DNA of 64,000 bases from Escherichia coli (lineage in GTDB: Bacteria; Pseudomonadota; Gammaproteobacteria; Enterobacterales; Enterobacteriaceae). Below, piece by piece: positions 30,995-42,405 of this stretch (position 1 is its first letter; the number at the start of each line of letters is the position of its first letter). The notes beneath the pieces were generated by a model. It saw only the letters and a program-made list of their open reading frames with translations. It was not told the origin of the DNA and did not search any database. Position numbers and translations under genes: made by a program. The stretch is taken from the NCBI RefSeq assembly GCF_009931435.1, contig NZ_CP043414.1, one strand, 5' to 3'.

Positions 30995-31690
30995 ATGCTG
31001 AAGCGTTTCTTTATTACCGGTACAGACACTTCTGTAGGGAAAACGGTGGTTTCCCGCGCATTGCTACAAGCGTTAGCCTCCCAGGGAAAAACGGTTGCGG
31101 GATATAAACCCGTAGCGAAGGGGAGCAAAGAGACACCCGAAGGGCTGCGTAATAAAGATGCCCTGGTGTTGCAGAGTGTTTCAACCATCGAACTGCCTTA
31201 TGAAGCAGTTAATCCTATCGCGTTAAGCGAAGAAGAAAGTAGCGTGGCGCACAGTTGCCCAATCAATTACACCCTCATTTCAAACGGCCTGGCAAACCTG
31301 ACCGATAAAGTCGATCATGTGGTGGTCGAAGGTACTGGCGGTTGGCGCAGTCTGATGAATGATTTGCGTCCGCTCTCTGAATGGGTGGTGCAGGAACAAC
31401 TGCCGGTGTTGATGGTTGTCGGTATTCAGGAAGGTTGCATTAACCATGCACTGCTGACAGCTCAGGCGATTGCCAACGACGGGCTGCCGCTCATTGGCTG
31501 GGTGGCTAACCGAATCAACCCAGGACTGGCGCATTATGCGGAAATCATTGATGTGCTGGGTAAAAAACTTCCAGCACCGCTCATTGGTGAACTGCCTTAT
31601 TTACCGCGCGCCGAACAGCGTGAACTGGGGCAATACATCCGCTTAGCTATGCTGCGCAGTGTGCTGGCGGTAGATAGAGTCACGGTGTAA
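30995..31690 (+). CDS. bioD2: dethiobiotin synthetase paralogue
   Basis: Start at [17 protein letters not shown] (P-loop), giving 231 aa. Formerly ynfK. Confidence 0.9.
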   Translation: MLKRFFITGTDTSVGKTVVSRALLQALASQGKTVAGYKPVAKGSKETPEGLRNKDALVLQSVSTIELPYEAVNPIALSEEESSVAHSCPINYTLISNGLANLTDKVDHVVVEGTGGWRSLMNDLRPLSEWVVQEQLPVLMVVGIQEGCINHALLTAQAIANDGLPLIGWVANRINPGLAHYAEIIDVLGKKLPAPLIGELPYLPRAEQRELGQYIRLAMLRSVLAVDRVTV

Positions 31691-32899
31691 CGTCCGCGAG
31701 ATTACCGACGCAATTACGCAGGCTATCAATAAACCGGGGAGTAGCTGATACTCCCCGGTCATTTCACATATCATCAACGTCGACATAATCGGCGCGTGCG
31801 TGGTTGCCGCCAACAGTGTCGCCATCCCGGTCAATCCGAGTAAAAGCGTAATTTCTTCGCCATCAGGGAACCATAATCCCAGGCTACGACCATACAACAT
31901 GCCAATGGCAAGACCGATAAATAGCGTCGGTGTAAAGACACCACCGGGTGCGCCGGAACCGCTACTCGCCAGCACGGCACACAGTTTACAAAGGAAGATC
32001 CCGCCAATGATCATTAACAGTGGTGGGGCGGTTAAAAAGGATTGTACGGTGCTATAGCCGTTGCCCCACACTGCAGGTGTGAACAGGGAAAGCAGACCCA
32101 CGATCAACCCGCCTAGTGCCAGTTGCCAGGGCGGCGCAAGTTTGAGACTCACAAATCCACGATGACAGGCGTTCATTAACGTTAACAACAGTGGTCCGCA
32201 CAGACCTGCCAGCACACCTGTACTGATAATCAGCGCATAGTCACGAGCCTGAACCGTCACTGAGAGTTGTACGCTGTAGAGTAACGCGTCGCTATGATTA
32301 ATCAGATTGCTAACCAGCAATGCCACGACGGCGGAAATAATCACCGGGCCGAGAGAGGCCAACATCATAGTGCCAAACAGCACTTCGGCTATAAATAAAC
32401 TGCCAGCAAGCGGGGCACGATAGGCCGCAGCCATTCCCGCCGCGGCCCCACAGGCGATCCATAATTTCCACTCCTGGCGTGGCGTAAAACGTTGGGCAAA
32501 ACAGGAGGCGGCAAGGGCAGCTAAAAGAATCATCGCACCTTCGCGACCAATTGCACTGCCGCTGGTTACTACCAGCAGCGAGGCAAGCGATTTAACCAGG
32601 CTTGCTGCGTAATCGAACTGTCCATCGGTTTGCAACGCTTCTATGTAATCGGTCGGCGCATGAGGGCGTTGTTGGGTAAATTTCTGCCAGCCCATCAGCA
32701 ACAAACCCGCCGCCAGTCCGCCGAGCGCCGGAGTTAGCAGCCGTCGCCAGGGGGAAAGGTTTGTCGCTGCATTGACCAGACTGCCGGAGTCATTATTGAG
32801 GAACAACCACTCCAGTAGCAGCATCGCGTGACGAAACGCGGCAACGGCAAAGGCCGCAAGAATACCGACTATTGTTGCGATAAGCAGACGGCGGAACAT
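31643..32899 (-). CDS. clcB: ClC-family voltage-gated chloride channel/antiporter
   Basis: Start at [17 protein letters not shown] (418 aa). GSAIGREG selectivity motif. Its 3' end overlaps bioD2 by 48 nt (convergent). Confidence 0.92.
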   Translation of the reverse strand: MFRRLLIATIVGILAAFAVAAFRHAMLLLEWLFLNNDSGSLVNAATNLSPWRRLLTPALGGLAAGLLLMGWQKFTQQRPHAPTDYIEALQTDGQFDYAASLVKSLASLLVVTSGSAIGREGAMILLAALAASCFAQRFTPRQEWKLWIACGAAAGMAAAYRAPLAGSLFIAEVLFGTMMLASLGPVIISAVVALLVSNLINHSDALLYSVQLSVTVQARDYALIISTGVLAGLCGPLLLTLMNACHRGFVSLKLAPPWQLALGGLIVGLLSLFTPAVWGNGYSTVQSFLTAPPLLMIIGGIFLCKLCAVLASSGSGAPGGVFTPTLFIGLAIGMLYGRSLGLWFPDGEEITLLLGLTGMATLLAATTHAPIMSTLMICEMTGEYQLLPGLLIACVIASVISRTLHRDSIYRQHTAQHS

Positions 32900-33092
32900 A
32901 GTGCGCAGATCCGGATAGCTGTGTAGATGGTGCATGAGCAGAAATGGACAATGAAACACGAGCGACTATTTTGCGGCAAAACAGGTTATCGGCAAAAGCA
33001 GTGCGTGCTTAAAGCGATAAAATACGTGACGTTGTAACGTATTATTGCCGAATAACGCGTGATTGTCGCCATCCGGCAATATTGCGGCAACT

Positions 33093-33707
33093 TTATCGAA
33101 ACAGTGGTTTAACCGCGACAGGAATCAACAGTTGTGATTGCCATTGCGCCAGCGTTAAGCGAGCCAGTTCACCCAGCGCACGGTAGAAAGGGTGTTCTGC
33201 TTTTTCGATAAAAACGTCGAGAAAACGTGTTGACCACGGAAAAAGATGCCATGCCAGCAATTCTTCGCATTCTGTCTGGCGACCATTCTCCGCCAACCAT
33301 GCAACCATCAACAGCAGTGAGCCAAAATGATCTTCCGGTTCATTTTGCTTCATTTCAAACTGAATGCCTTTCTCGCGCATCCACTGACGAAGTGCCAATG
33401 TTGAATCGCCAAACATCACAGATTCGCGATCCAGCCAGACAGATCCCCATGGAGGAGACGGCAGAGCCCACGGGCCGACAAATAGACGCTGCCAGGCCTG
33501 GGTTCGAGTCTCTTCACTCTGTGTTTGAAACGCCGTCACCAGCGGCGCTAATGACGCTTCTGGTAGAGGCCACTGAGTTTCCCAGCCGTCACTGGTGAGT
33601 ACCGCAACCAGAGGTGCGGCTTCTGCACTCTCTGGAGCGTAATAAAACAGCGCGCCCAACACGCGCGCCGCGACAGAAAAATTATCTTGCTGTGAAAAAT
33701 GGGTCAT
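33093..33707 (-). CDS. dmsD: Tat proofreading chaperone for DmsA/YnfE/YnfF
   Basis: Start at MTHFSQQDNFSVAARVLGALFYYAPES (204 aa). Confidence 0.93.
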   Translation of the reverse strand: MTHFSQQDNFSVAARVLGALFYYAPESAEAAPLVAVLTSDGWETQWPLPEASLAPLVTAFQTQSEETRTQAWQRLFVGPWALPSPPWGSVWLDRESVMFGDSTLALRQWMREKGIQFEMKQNEPEDHFGSLLLMVAWLAENGRQTECEELLAWHLFPWSTRFLDVFIEKAEHPFYRALGELARLTLAQWQSQLLIPVAVKPLFR

Positions 33708-33749
33708 TCCTAACATCCTGAAATGTGCGGGTTGCCCCGCACCAATTTG

Positions 33750-34604
33750 TTAACCTGCAATAGCCATTCCTACCGTCATGTGCAGGCCATAAAAGAGCAC
33801 ACGCCCGATCATCTCACCGCCAAGTATGAGGATTAGCCCCAGAATAAGTCCGGCAACGTGAGGTTCACGGCGACGAATGAGCGGACAAAGCCAGCATCCT
33901 AGACCTGCGCATAACAATACCACACGCCAGACCTGTAAGGAGGCGTAATCTGGTACCAGTGCGCTGGCTTGTTGTACGGATGAGTGAATAGACGCCAGAG
34001 ACAAACCTTGCAGCACAATCACCCCGGCACAAGCGATCAGCGCCAGAACGCTAATGATGGCAAATGGTGTGGTATTAAATGTAACGCGGGCTGCCCGCAG
34101 AATTGCGGCAGCAAGTATTGGACCGCTCAATAAAACTGTCAGGAAGAAAGCCAGCGTAGTGTAACCGTTATGCCAGGTTGGCACAGTGTCGATTTGATAC
34201 ACGCAGGTCATCATCCAGACGAAAATGACGCCGAGCGCCATGCTGACAAGTAACCAGAGTTTCCCCAGCGCTTGCGGCATTTTACCAATGACCGCCACCA
34301 GCCACCATAATCCGCCAACGGCAAAAAATATTGAACCGGCAGCAATCTCGTTACTCAGGCCGGAAGCTCCGATTCGATTCAGCGAGTTAAACGCCCGCAG
34401 TGGCGATCCCAGGTGCATGACAGAGGCAATAAACCCGATGCCCATCAGCAGCCAGAGGAAAAACATGCCACGGACAATACGCTGACGGTCTGCGTCATTT
34501 TTGCTGGCGAACCAGCCGATTCCGCTAATAATCAGCGCGCCTACGACGCATTGGCCCAATACGGTAAAGATAACCAGTGGCCATTCGTGCCATCCATTTC
34601 CCAT
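33750..34604 (-). CDS. ynfH: DmsC-type membrane anchor subunit
   Basis: 284-aa ORF with 8 TM segments. Last structural gene of ynfEFGH. Confidence 0.92.
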   Translation of the reverse strand: MGNGWHEWPLVIFTVLGQCVVGALIISGIGWFASKNDADRQRIVRGMFFLWLLMGIGFIASVMHLGSPLRAFNSLNRIGASGLSNEIAAGSIFFAVGGLWWLVAVIGKMPQALGKLWLLVSMALGVIFVWMMTCVYQIDTVPTWHNGYTTLAFFLTVLLSGPILAAAILRAARVTFNTTPFAIISVLALIACAGVIVLQGLSLASIHSSVQQASALVPDYASLQVWRVVLLCAGLGCWLCPLIRRREPHVAGLILGLILILGGEMIGRVLFYGLHMTVGMAIAG

Positions 34605-34605
34605 T

Positions 34606-35223
34606 TTAAACTTCCTCCGGATTAGCCAGGTAACCAGTGGTATCGCCGGTCGGGCGGCTGTTGGCGTTAGGTTTGATTACGATATTAGGTTTTGTAAAAT
34701 GCGCGCGCGGCAGTGGCGCGACGGCAGCCAGAGTACCGTGTTTCTGGCGCAGTTCTTCAATTGGACCGAATTCAAGTGCACGCAGCGGGCAGGATTCGAC
34801 ACATATGGGTTGTTTCCCCTCGGCGACGCGCGAATAACAACCATCGCACTTCGTCATGTGTCCTTTTTCAGCATTGTACTGTGGCGCGCCGTACGGACAG
34901 GCCATGTGGCAGTAGCGGCAGCCGATACAAACGTCTTCATCAACCACCACAAAGCCATCTTCACGCTTATGCATTGCGCCGCTGGGGCAGACTTTTGTAC
35001 ATGCGGGGTCATCGCAATGGTTACAGGAGATGGAGAGATAATAAGCGAACACGTTCTGGTGCCAGACGCCATTATCTTCCTGCCAGTCGCCGCCAGCGTA
35101 TTCATAAATACGGCGGAAACTGACTTCCGGGCCAAGATCTTTAAAATCTTTGCACGCCAGTTCGCAGGTTTTACAGCCAGTACAGCGGCTGGAATCGATA
35201 AAAAATCCATATTGTGTGGTCAT
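34606..35223 (-). CDS. ynfG: DmsB-type 4x[4Fe-4S] electron-transfer subunit
   Basis: 205-aa ORF with four CxxCxxCxxxCP-type clusters. Confidence 0.94.
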   Translation of the reverse strand: MTTQYGFFIDSSRCTGCKTCELACKDFKDLGPEVSFRRIYEYAGGDWQEDNGVWHQNVFAYYLSISCNHCDDPACTKVCPSGAMHKREDGFVVVDEDVCIGCRYCHMACPYGAPQYNAEKGHMTKCDGCYSRVAEGKQPICVESCPLRALEFGPIEELRQKHGTLAAVAPLPRAHFTKPNIVIKPNANSRPTGDTTGYLANPEEV

Positions 35224-35233
35224 GGGCTACTCC

Positions 35234-37660
35234 TTAAACCTTTTCGATCTGGACGAGATTGCTGTGCGACGGGTTTCCCTTTGCCAGCGGTGAAGGGCGG
35301 TGAGAGGTCAGAATATTGATACTGCCGCCGTGATCGACCCGGTCACCAAACATATCCGCTTTAAGCCACGCACCTTGCCCGATGGCGGTAACGCCAGGCA
35401 GAATACGCGGAGTCACTTTTGCGGCAATCAGCATTTCTCCATTATTGTTAAATACCCGCACTGTATCGCCATGACGGATACCGCGTGCCTGAGCATCAAT
35501 GGGGTTGATCCACACCTCTTGTGGGCAGGCCTGCTGTAACACATCAATATTGCCGTAACTGGAGTGGGTACGCGCTTTGTAGTGGAAGCCCGTTAGCTGC
35601 AGTGGATAGGTTTTGCGCAGGGGATCGTCCCAGCCATCAAAACCTGGGGTATACGCAGGAAGGGGATGAATTATTTCATCTTTTTTCAATTCCCATGTGT
35701 CAGCAATCGTCGCCAGCCGTTCAGAATAAATTTCGATTTTCCCCGAAGGTGTTTTCAACGGGTTTGCCTGTGGATCTTCACGGAATGCGCGGAAAGCGAC
35801 GTAATGTTCTTCCGGGCATTTTTTCTTAAAGATCCCGGTCGTTTTCATCTCCTCGTAGTCCGGCATCTCAGGGTTACGTTCCTTCGTTTTCGCATGGAGA
35901 TATTTGATCCATTCATGCTGACTGCGACCTTCAGTAAAGGTTTGATAAACGTCTGGTCCTAAGCGTTTGGCGACTTCACTCAGCATCCAGTAGATGGGTT
36001 TGCGTTCAAATTTTGCTGAGGTTGCGGGTTGGGCGAGGATCACATAGCCCATATTCCCTGCAGATTCATGAGAGATAAGGTCTTCTTGCTCTGTTGGCAT
36101 CAGGTCGGGCAACAGGATATCGCAATACTTAGCCGAGGCCGTCATGAAGTGGTCAATGCCAACAATCATCTCGCACTTGCTGTCATCCTGAAGCACCTCA
36201 TGGGTGTGATTGATGTCGCCATGTTGATTGATCAATGTGTTACTGGCGTAGCACCATAAAAACTTGATTGGCACATCCAGTTTTTCTTTTCCACGAATAC
36301 CATCACGGGTCGCGGTCATTTCCGTACCGTGGTCGATGGCATCTGTCCATGTAAAGACGGAAATCTGCGTTTTAACAGGATTATCAAGCATCGGGAACCA
36401 TTCGACCCCCAGATCCCAGCTACCTTCGCGTACACCTGAGTTGCCGCCGTTTATGCCGACGTTACCGGTGAGAACGGAAAGCATGGCAATAGCGCGGGAC
36501 GTTTGCTCACCGTTGGAGTGTCGTTGTGGCCCCCAACCCTGACAAATATAAGCAGGTTTTGCGGAACCGATCTCTCGTGCCAACTGGATAATTTTTTCTT
36601 CCGGGATGCTGGTGATTTTTGCTGCCCATTCCGGCGTTTTAGCTATGCCGTCAGGCCCTTCGCCCAGAATATAGGCTTTATAATGCGCGTTACGTGGTGC
36701 GTTGGCGGGCAGCGTTTTTTCATCGTAACCAACACAATATTTGTCGAGAAATGGCTGATCGACCATGTTTTCCGTAATCAGTACCCAGGCAATCGCACAG
36801 GCCAGTGCGCCATCGGTGCCGGGGCGAATGGGCAGCCATTCATCTTCACGCCCGGCAGCTGTGTCGTTATAACGTGGATCAATGACGATCATGCGTGCGT
36901 TTGAACGTTCGCGGGCTTGCTCGACGTAGTAAGTGACACCACCGCCGCTCATCCGGGTTTCTGCCGGGTTATTTCCGAACATAACGACCAGCTTCGTATT
37001 GGCGATATCATCCGGACTGTTGCCATCATTGGCACCGAACATATAACTCATTGCGGCACTGATCTGTGCGGTACTGTAGCTGCCATAGCGACTGAGAAAA
37101 CCACCACAAGAGTTCATCAGACGGTACGGGACGTTTGAGTTGGTGATGTTTCCGCCATCTACGCCTGTTCCGTACAGGACATGTACAGCCTCATTGCCGT
37201 AATCTTTTAGGATCCGCCGAAGATTATCACTGATGGTATCCAGGGCTTCGTTCCAACTTATCCGTTCAAATTTACCTTCACCGCGCTTGCCGACGCGCTT
37301 CATGGGATATTTCAGCCGATCAGGATGATTCATCCGTCGGCGGATAGAGCGCCCGCGTAAACAGGCCCGAACCTGATGATTGCCGTAAACGTCGTCACCT
37401 GTCGTATCAGACTCCACCCAGTACACAGTGTCATCTTTCACATGCAAACGTAACAGACAGCGGCTCCCGCAGTTAACGGTGCAGGAACTCCAGACCGCTT
37501 TCTCTTCTACCGGAGCCTCTGCCGCTCGGACCATTTGGGAAAATGGCAGAGTGAAAGCACTGCTTGCCAGCGCGAGACTGCCAAGTGCGGAGGTTTTCAT
37601 CAGACTTCTACGGCTGATTTCAGCCTTCATGAGCGCCTCTGTGGTATGGATTTTCATCAT
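35234..37660 (-). CDS. ynfF: Tat-exported molybdopterin oxidoreductase (DmsA paralogue) YnfF
   Basis: 807/808-aa ORF (MMKIHTT; either Met could be the start). Twin-arginine signal SRRSLMKTSALG. N-terminal Cys cluster. Confidence 0.93.
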   Translation of the reverse strand: MMKIHTTEALMKAEISRRSLMKTSALGSLALASSAFTLPFSQMVRAAEAPVEEKAVWSSCTVNCGSRCLLRLHVKDDTVYWVESDTTGDDVYGNHQVRACLRGRSIRRRMNHPDRLKYPMKRVGKRGEGKFERISWNEALDTISDNLRRILKDYGNEAVHVLYGTGVDGGNITNSNVPYRLMNSCGGFLSRYGSYSTAQISAAMSYMFGANDGNSPDDIANTKLVVMFGNNPAETRMSGGGVTYYVEQARERSNARMIVIDPRYNDTAAGREDEWLPIRPGTDGALACAIAWVLITENMVDQPFLDKYCVGYDEKTLPANAPRNAHYKAYILGEGPDGIAKTPEWAAKITSIPEEKIIQLAREIGSAKPAYICQGWGPQRHSNGEQTSRAIAMLSVLTGNVGINGGNSGVREGSWDLGVEWFPMLDNPVKTQISVFTWTDAIDHGTEMTATRDGIRGKEKLDVPIKFLWCYASNTLINQHGDINHTHEVLQDDSKCEMIVGIDHFMTASAKYCDILLPDLMPTEQEDLISHESAGNMGYVILAQPATSAKFERKPIYWMLSEVAKRLGPDVYQTFTEGRSQHEWIKYLHAKTKERNPEMPDYEEMKTTGIFKKKCPEEHYVAFRAFREDPQANPLKTPSGKIEIYSERLATIADTWELKKDEIIHPLPAYTPGFDGWDDPLRKTYPLQLTGFHYKARTHSSYGNIDVLQQACPQEVWINPIDAQARGIRHGDTVRVFNNNGEMLIAAKVTPRILPGVTAIGQGAWLKADMFGDRVDHGGSINILTSHRPSPLAKGNPSHSNLVQIEKV

Positions 37661-37717
37661 TACTCACTTATTGCTTTTCAAACAAAATGTCATGCCAGAA
37701 TTTATGGTTGTAGTGGG

Positions 37718-40144
37718 TTATATTTTTTCGATCTCGACCAGATTAGTGTGCTGCGGGTTTCCCTTCGCCAGTGGTGAAGGGCGCAGAGTGGTTAGCGTAT
37801 TTACACAGCCGCCGTGGTCGATTTTATCGCCAGACATATTGGCCTCGTGCCAGGCTCCCTGGCCCATAGCGCTAACTCCAGGGAGAATGCGTGGTGTCAC
37901 TTTGGCTGGTAGCCGAACTTCGCCACGATGGTTAAACACCCGCACCATATCGCCGTTGGCAATCCCACGTTTCTGTGCATCTATAGGGTTGATCCACACT
38001 TCCTGACGGCAGGCTGCCTTCAGGACATCAATGTTGCCGTAGGTCGAGTGAGTACGGGATTTGTAATGGAAACCAAACAGTTGCAGTGGGAAGGTACTAC
38101 GTTCAGGGGAGTCCCAGCCTTCAAAGGTTGAGGCATAAACCGGCAGTGGGCTTATCACTTCATCTTTTTCCAGTTCCCAGGTACGGGCAATTTCCGCCAG
38201 CTTGCTGGAATAAATTTCAATCTTACCGGAAGGCGTTTTAAGTGGATTTGCCTCGGGGTCGTCACGAAATGCTTTGTAGGCGACAAAATGACCATTGGGA
38301 TCTTTACGCTTATAGATACCCATTTTTTTCAGTTCGTCGTAAGACGGTAACGCCGGATCTTTGGCAAGCATTTTGGCGTACAGATGTTGTAACCATTGTT
38401 CCTGGGTGCGACCTTCAGTGAACTTTTGATAGACGTCAGGTCCAAGACGATTCGCGACTTCACTCAGGATCCAGTAAATCGGTTTGCGTTCGAATTTTTC
38501 GCTGGTGACTGGCTGGAGGAAAATGAGATATCCCATGTTACCGGCGTAATCGTTAGGAATAATATCTTCCTGCTCAACGGTCATCAGGTCTGGCAGCAGA
38601 ATGTCGGCATATTTTGCCGATGAGGTCATAAAGTTTTCGATGACCACAATCATTTCGCATTTCGATTCGTCCTGCAGAATTTCATGCGTTTTGTTAATGT
38701 CAGAATGCTGATTAACCAAGGTATTTCCCGCGTAGTTCCAGATGAACTTAATGGGCACATCCAGTTTATCTTTGCCGCGGACGCCGTCGCGGATTGCCGT
38801 CATTTGCGGGCCATGATCGATAGCATCCGTCCAGCTGAAGCAGGAGATTGATGTTTTGACCGGATTATCCAGCACCGGCAGGCGTTCTATGGTAATGGTA
38901 TAGGTGGATTCACGCGCGCCACTATTTCCGCCGCTGATGCCGACATTGCCCGTCAGAATAGGCAACATCGCAATAGCGCGTGCGGTCAGCTCACCGTTTG
39001 CCTGGCGTTGCGGTCCCCAACCCTGGCAGATATAAGCGGGTTTTGCTGTGCCGATTTCACGCGCCAGTTTGATGATACGGTCCACCGGGATACCGGTAAT
39101 TTGCGAAGCCCACTGCGGCGTTTTCGCTGTGTTATCATCACCTTCACCAAGAATATAGGCTTTATAGTGACCATTTTTTGGTGCATCTGCGGGTAAGGTT
39201 TTTTCGTCATAGCCGACGCAGTATTTATCGAGAAAAGGTTGATCAACGAGATTTTCGTTAATCAATACCCAGGCAATACCCGCAACCAGCGCGGCATCGG
39301 TGCCCGGGCGAATAGGAAGCCATTCGTCTTCACGACCGGCAGCCGTATCGGTATATCGCGGATCGATAACAATCATTTTTGCGTTCGATTTCTCGCGCGC
39401 TTTTTCAAGAAGATAAGTGATGCCACCGCCGCTCATGCGGGTTTCTGCCGGGTTGTTACCAAACATCACGACCAGCTTGCTGTTTTCAATATCCGTGGTG
39501 CTGTTGCCATCATTACTGCCGTAGGTGTAGGGCATGGCACAGGAAATTTGCGCGGTGCTGTAGGAGCCATACTGATTGAGTGAACCGCCGTAGCAGTTCA
39601 TCAGGCGTTTGACCGCCGAGGCTGATGGTGAAGAGCGGGTCATATTGCCGCCAACAATCCCCGAAGAGTACTGAATATATACAGCCTCATTGCCATATTG
39701 TTCGACGGTTTTTTTCAGGCTACTGGCGATAGTATCCAGGGCTTCATCCCAGCTAATCCGTTCGAATTTGCCTTCGCCGCGTTTGCCCACGCGTTTCATT
39801 GGGTAATTCAAGCGATCGGGATGATTAATACGCCGACGGATGGACCGACCGCGCAAACAGGCGCGTACTTGATGATTGCCATACTCGTCGCTGCCGGTGT
39901 TGTCAGTTTCCACCCAGGTGACTTCATTATCTTTAACATGTAGACGAAGTGCACAGCGGCTACCACAGTTGACGGAACAGGCACCCCAGACCACTTTTTC
40001 GCTGGCCTGTTGTACCGCTGCCGCTGCACTGCGCAGGGTGAACGGTAAAGAAAAACCGCCTGCAGCCAGCGCCAGAGAACCTATCGCGGTAGATTTAACG
40101 AGTGTTCTGCGGCTGATGCCCACCATTTGTTCATTTTTGGACAT
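37718..40144 (-). CDS. ynfE: Tat-exported molybdopterin oxidoreductase (selenate reductase) YnfE
   Basis: 808-aa ORF with twin-arginine signal SRRTLVKSTAIG. Long stretches identical to YnfF, so a tandem paralogue. Confidence 0.93.
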   Translation of the reverse strand: MSKNEQMVGISRRTLVKSTAIGSLALAAGGFSLPFTLRSAAAAVQQASEKVVWGACSVNCGSRCALRLHVKDNEVTWVETDNTGSDEYGNHQVRACLRGRSIRRRINHPDRLNYPMKRVGKRGEGKFERISWDEALDTIASSLKKTVEQYGNEAVYIQYSSGIVGGNMTRSSPSASAVKRLMNCYGGSLNQYGSYSTAQISCAMPYTYGSNDGNSTTDIENSKLVVMFGNNPAETRMSGGGITYLLEKAREKSNAKMIVIDPRYTDTAAGREDEWLPIRPGTDAALVAGIAWVLINENLVDQPFLDKYCVGYDEKTLPADAPKNGHYKAYILGEGDDNTAKTPQWASQITGIPVDRIIKLAREIGTAKPAYICQGWGPQRQANGELTARAIAMLPILTGNVGISGGNSGARESTYTITIERLPVLDNPVKTSISCFSWTDAIDHGPQMTAIRDGVRGKDKLDVPIKFIWNYAGNTLVNQHSDINKTHEILQDESKCEMIVVIENFMTSSAKYADILLPDLMTVEQEDIIPNDYAGNMGYLIFLQPVTSEKFERKPIYWILSEVANRLGPDVYQKFTEGRTQEQWLQHLYAKMLAKDPALPSYDELKKMGIYKRKDPNGHFVAYKAFRDDPEANPLKTPSGKIEIYSSKLAEIARTWELEKDEVISPLPVYASTFEGWDSPERSTFPLQLFGFHYKSRTHSTYGNIDVLKAACRQEVWINPIDAQKRGIANGDMVRVFNHRGEVRLPAKVTPRILPGVSAMGQGAWHEANMSGDKIDHGGCVNTLTTLRPSPLAKGNPQHTNLVEIEKI

Positions 40145-40243
40145 AACTCACTCCCTGTTCTTTATCGTTATATAAAAGTTTATATATTGAATATTTAGCG
40201 CGCTAACAATAGAGGGAGTCTACCCATTTTGGGTTAAGAATTA

Positions 40244-40257
40244 TTAATGCATATCAA
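40244..40257. promoter_or_regulatory. FNR-like dyad TTAAT-GCAT-ATCAA upstream of ynfE
   Basis: 9/10 match to TTGAT-N4-ATCAA, centred about 106 bp upstream of the ynfE ATG. The operon is known to be anaerobically expressed. Confidence 0.4.
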
Positions 40258-40342
40258 TAGAAGGGTATGAGTAATAAGGCGGGATTATGTTGTATGTTCA
40301 TATCGCCGGACCTGTTGAATCCGGCGTTTAGTCAATAATGTG

Positions 40343-40648
40343 TTACTGCGGTTCGGCAGGCGCGCCATCCTGAGTAGACTGCGCGGGGGCAGAGACATTA
40401 CCGCTGGTGGTGCGGGTGTAAAGAATTTTATGCGTATCATTGGCGCAATGCCCGACGACCTGGGAATCAGGCTGATCAACCTGGTCATTGGGTACAATAC
40501 TTAACGTGAAGCTGCTTTCGGGTACGCCATTATTGATAATGCGCTGTGATATATCGCTCTGTATGCGCTCACAGGAAACCGGCACGGCGAGTACCGCGGG
40601 TGAGGTGAGTGCGAGCAGAAGCGCGGCACAGCAAGTTGAGAGTTTCAT
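40343..40648 (-). CDS. ynfD: DUF1161 periplasmic protein
   Basis: Start at MKLSTCCAALLLALTSPAVLA (101 aa). Confidence 0.88.
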   Translation of the reverse strand: MKLSTCCAALLLALTSPAVLAVPVSCERIQSDISQRIINNGVPESSFTLSIVPNDQVDQPDSQVVGHCANDTHKILYTRTTSGNVSAPAQSTQDGAPAEPQ

Positions 40649-40755
40649 CATAAGCTCCTTACGCGAATATAACTTCTTTAAGCATAGCATTTAACGTGTA
40701 AAGTACTGTATTTGCTACTATGATTGAGAATCATCTCTACTGTCTGGTGACTGTT

Positions 40756-41466
40756 GTGAAATACAAATTACTACCATGCTTACTCGCGATATTACTCACA
40801 GGATGTGACCGCACAGAGGTAACACTTTCATTTACCCCTGAGATGGCCAGTTTCTCTAATGAATTCGATTTTGATCCGCTGCGTGGTCCGGTAAAAGATT
40901 TCACTCAGACATTAATGGATGAGCAAGGGGAAGTAACGAAGCGTGTTTCGGGGACTTTGTCGGAAGAAGGCTGTTTTGATTCACTCGAATTACTGGATCT
41001 GGAAAATAATACCGTGGTTGCCCTGGTATTGGACGCCAATTATTACCGTGATGCCCAGACGCTGGAGAAAAGAGTTCGTTTGCAGGGAAAATGCCAGCTA
41101 GCAGAATTACCTTCTGCCGGGGTGAGTTGGGAAACCGATGATAATGGCTTCGTGATTAAAGCCAGCAGCAAACAGATGCAGATGGAATATCGCTATGATG
41201 ATCAGGGTTATCCGCTGGGTAAAACCACGAAAAGTAACGACAAAACATTATCTGTTAGCGCTACGCCATCAACGGATCCGATCAAAAAATTAGATTACAC
41301 AGCGGTTACTTTACTGAATAATCAACGGGTAGGTAATGTAAAACAGAGCTGTGAATATGACAGTCACGCCAATCCGGTGGACTGTCAGCTAATCATTGTT
41401 GATGAAGGAGTAAAACCCGCCGTCGAACGGGTTTATACCATCAAAAATACAATAGATTATTATTAA
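40756..41466 (+). CDS. ynfC: UPF0257 lipoprotein
   Basis: GTG start (V/MKYKLLPCLLAILLTGC, with a lipobox), giving 236 aa. The ORF-track start is 12 codons upstream. Confidence 0.88.
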   Translation: MKYKLLPCLLAILLTGCDRTEVTLSFTPEMASFSNEFDFDPLRGPVKDFTQTLMDEQGEVTKRVSGTLSEEGCFDSLELLDLENNTVVALVLDANYYRDAQTLEKRVRLQGKCQLAELPSAGVSWETDDNGFVIKASSKQMQMEYRYDDQGYPLGKTTKSNDKTLSVSATPSTDPIKKLDYTAVTLLNNQRVGNVKQSCEYDSHANPVDCQLIIVDEGVKPAVERVYTIKNTIDYY

Positions 41467-41468
41467 TG

Positions 41469-42029
41469 CTATTGTGCGGTCGGCTTCAGGAGAGTCTGCC
41501 CCGGTGTTTTGTGCTCTGCCAGATACTGATGCTGGAATATGCACATACGAATGGCATTACGATATTGACCATTAATAAAGAACTCATGCATCAATTCACC
41601 TTCAACCGTAAAGCCAAGCTTACGGTAAATGTGAATTGCTTTTTCGTTCTCTTTATCGACGATCAGATACAGCTTATAAAGATTGAGAACGGTGAAGCCA
41701 TAGTCCATTGCTAATTTTGCGGCGCGGGTAGCCAGACCTTTCCCCTGATATTCCGGGGAGATAATTATCTGAAATTCTGCGCGGCGATGGACATGGTTAA
41801 TTTCCACCAGCTCCACCAGACCGGCTTTTTCGCCGTCACATTCCACCACAAAGCGCCGTTCGCTCTGATCGTGAATATGCTTATCGTACAGATCAGAGAG
41901 TTCAACAAAGGCTTCGTAGGGTTCCTCAAACCAGTAACGCATCACACTGGCGTTATTGTCGAGTTGATGTACATAGCGTAAATCTTCACGCTCCAGCGGG
42001 CGTAGCTTAACACTGTGGGCGCTTGGCAT
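41469..42029 (-). CDS. speG: spermidine N1-acetyltransferase (GNAT)
   Basis: 186-aa ORF starting [39 protein letters not shown]. Confidence 0.96.
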   Translation of the reverse strand: MPSAHSVKLRPLEREDLRYVHQLDNNASVMRYWFEEPYEAFVELSDLYDKHIHDQSERRFVVECDGEKAGLVELVEINHVHRRAEFQIIISPEYQGKGLATRAAKLAMDYGFTVLNLYKLYLIVDKENEKAIHIYRKLGFTVEGELMHEFFINGQYRNAIRMCIFQHQYLAEHKTPGQTLLKPTAQ

Positions 42030-42063
42030 AACGTGTCCTTACATTCCTTAAATCAATAACAGG

Positions 42064-42405
42064 TTAGGGGGTAATAACGCGGCCAGTTCGACGGTCCAGG
42101 CAGCGCAATGTATTTGGCTCCCAGTAGGCATTGATATTGGCGCTTTGCTCACATTTATCGCGGTTATCAAAAGCGGCGTCGGCTTTATCCCACTCTTTTT
42201 CAGTGCGTTTATTCACTTTCTGGCGCAGATTGCGCGTGTCATTCCATTGCTCTTTTTCCATAGCGGCGTGCTGGCGGCTTTGTGCACTGTCGCCAGACTC
42301 AATCACCAGTTTGTTAGTTTCGGCATGAACAGTTGTGCTCAATGCCAGTGTGCAAGGCAGCAGAAAAGCGAGCAGGCCAATTCGTTTGCTGAGAGTAGTT
42401 TTCAT
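42064..42405 (-). CDS. ynfB: UPF0482 secreted protein
   Basis: 113-aa ORF with a signal peptide. Synteny. Confidence 0.88.
   Translation of the reverse strand: MKTTLSKRIGLLAFLLPCTLALSTTVHAETNKLVIESGDSAQSRQHAAMEKEQWNDTRNLRQKVNKRTEKEWDKADAAFDNRDKCEQSANINAYWEPNTLRCLDRRTGRVITP

Noticed and set aside
31643-31690. 48-nt convergent overlap of the bioD2 and clcB 3' ends.
   Set aside because: Both proteins read full-length to their expected C-termini, and I recall the same overlap in K-12. It is probably a normal feature of this locus rather than a rearrangement.
34501-35319. 272-aa + strand ORF. Similar long ORFs lie at 17215-17754, 19240-19866, 20675-21277, 10983-11453 and 2438-3052, all opposite well-identified genes.
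   Set aside because: They lie entirely antisense to confidently recognised genes (ynfG/ynfF, ydgI, ydgH, pntA, fumA, uidA). Their Arg/Cys/His-rich composition is typical of shadow ORFs in GC-balanced coding DNA.
35234-40144. About 4.9 kb tandem duplication-like structure: two 808-aa genes with long identical peptide stretches.
   Set aside because: These are the known paralogues ynfE and ynfF of the ynfEFGH-dmsD operon. The duplication is ancient, not a recent repeat or mobile element.
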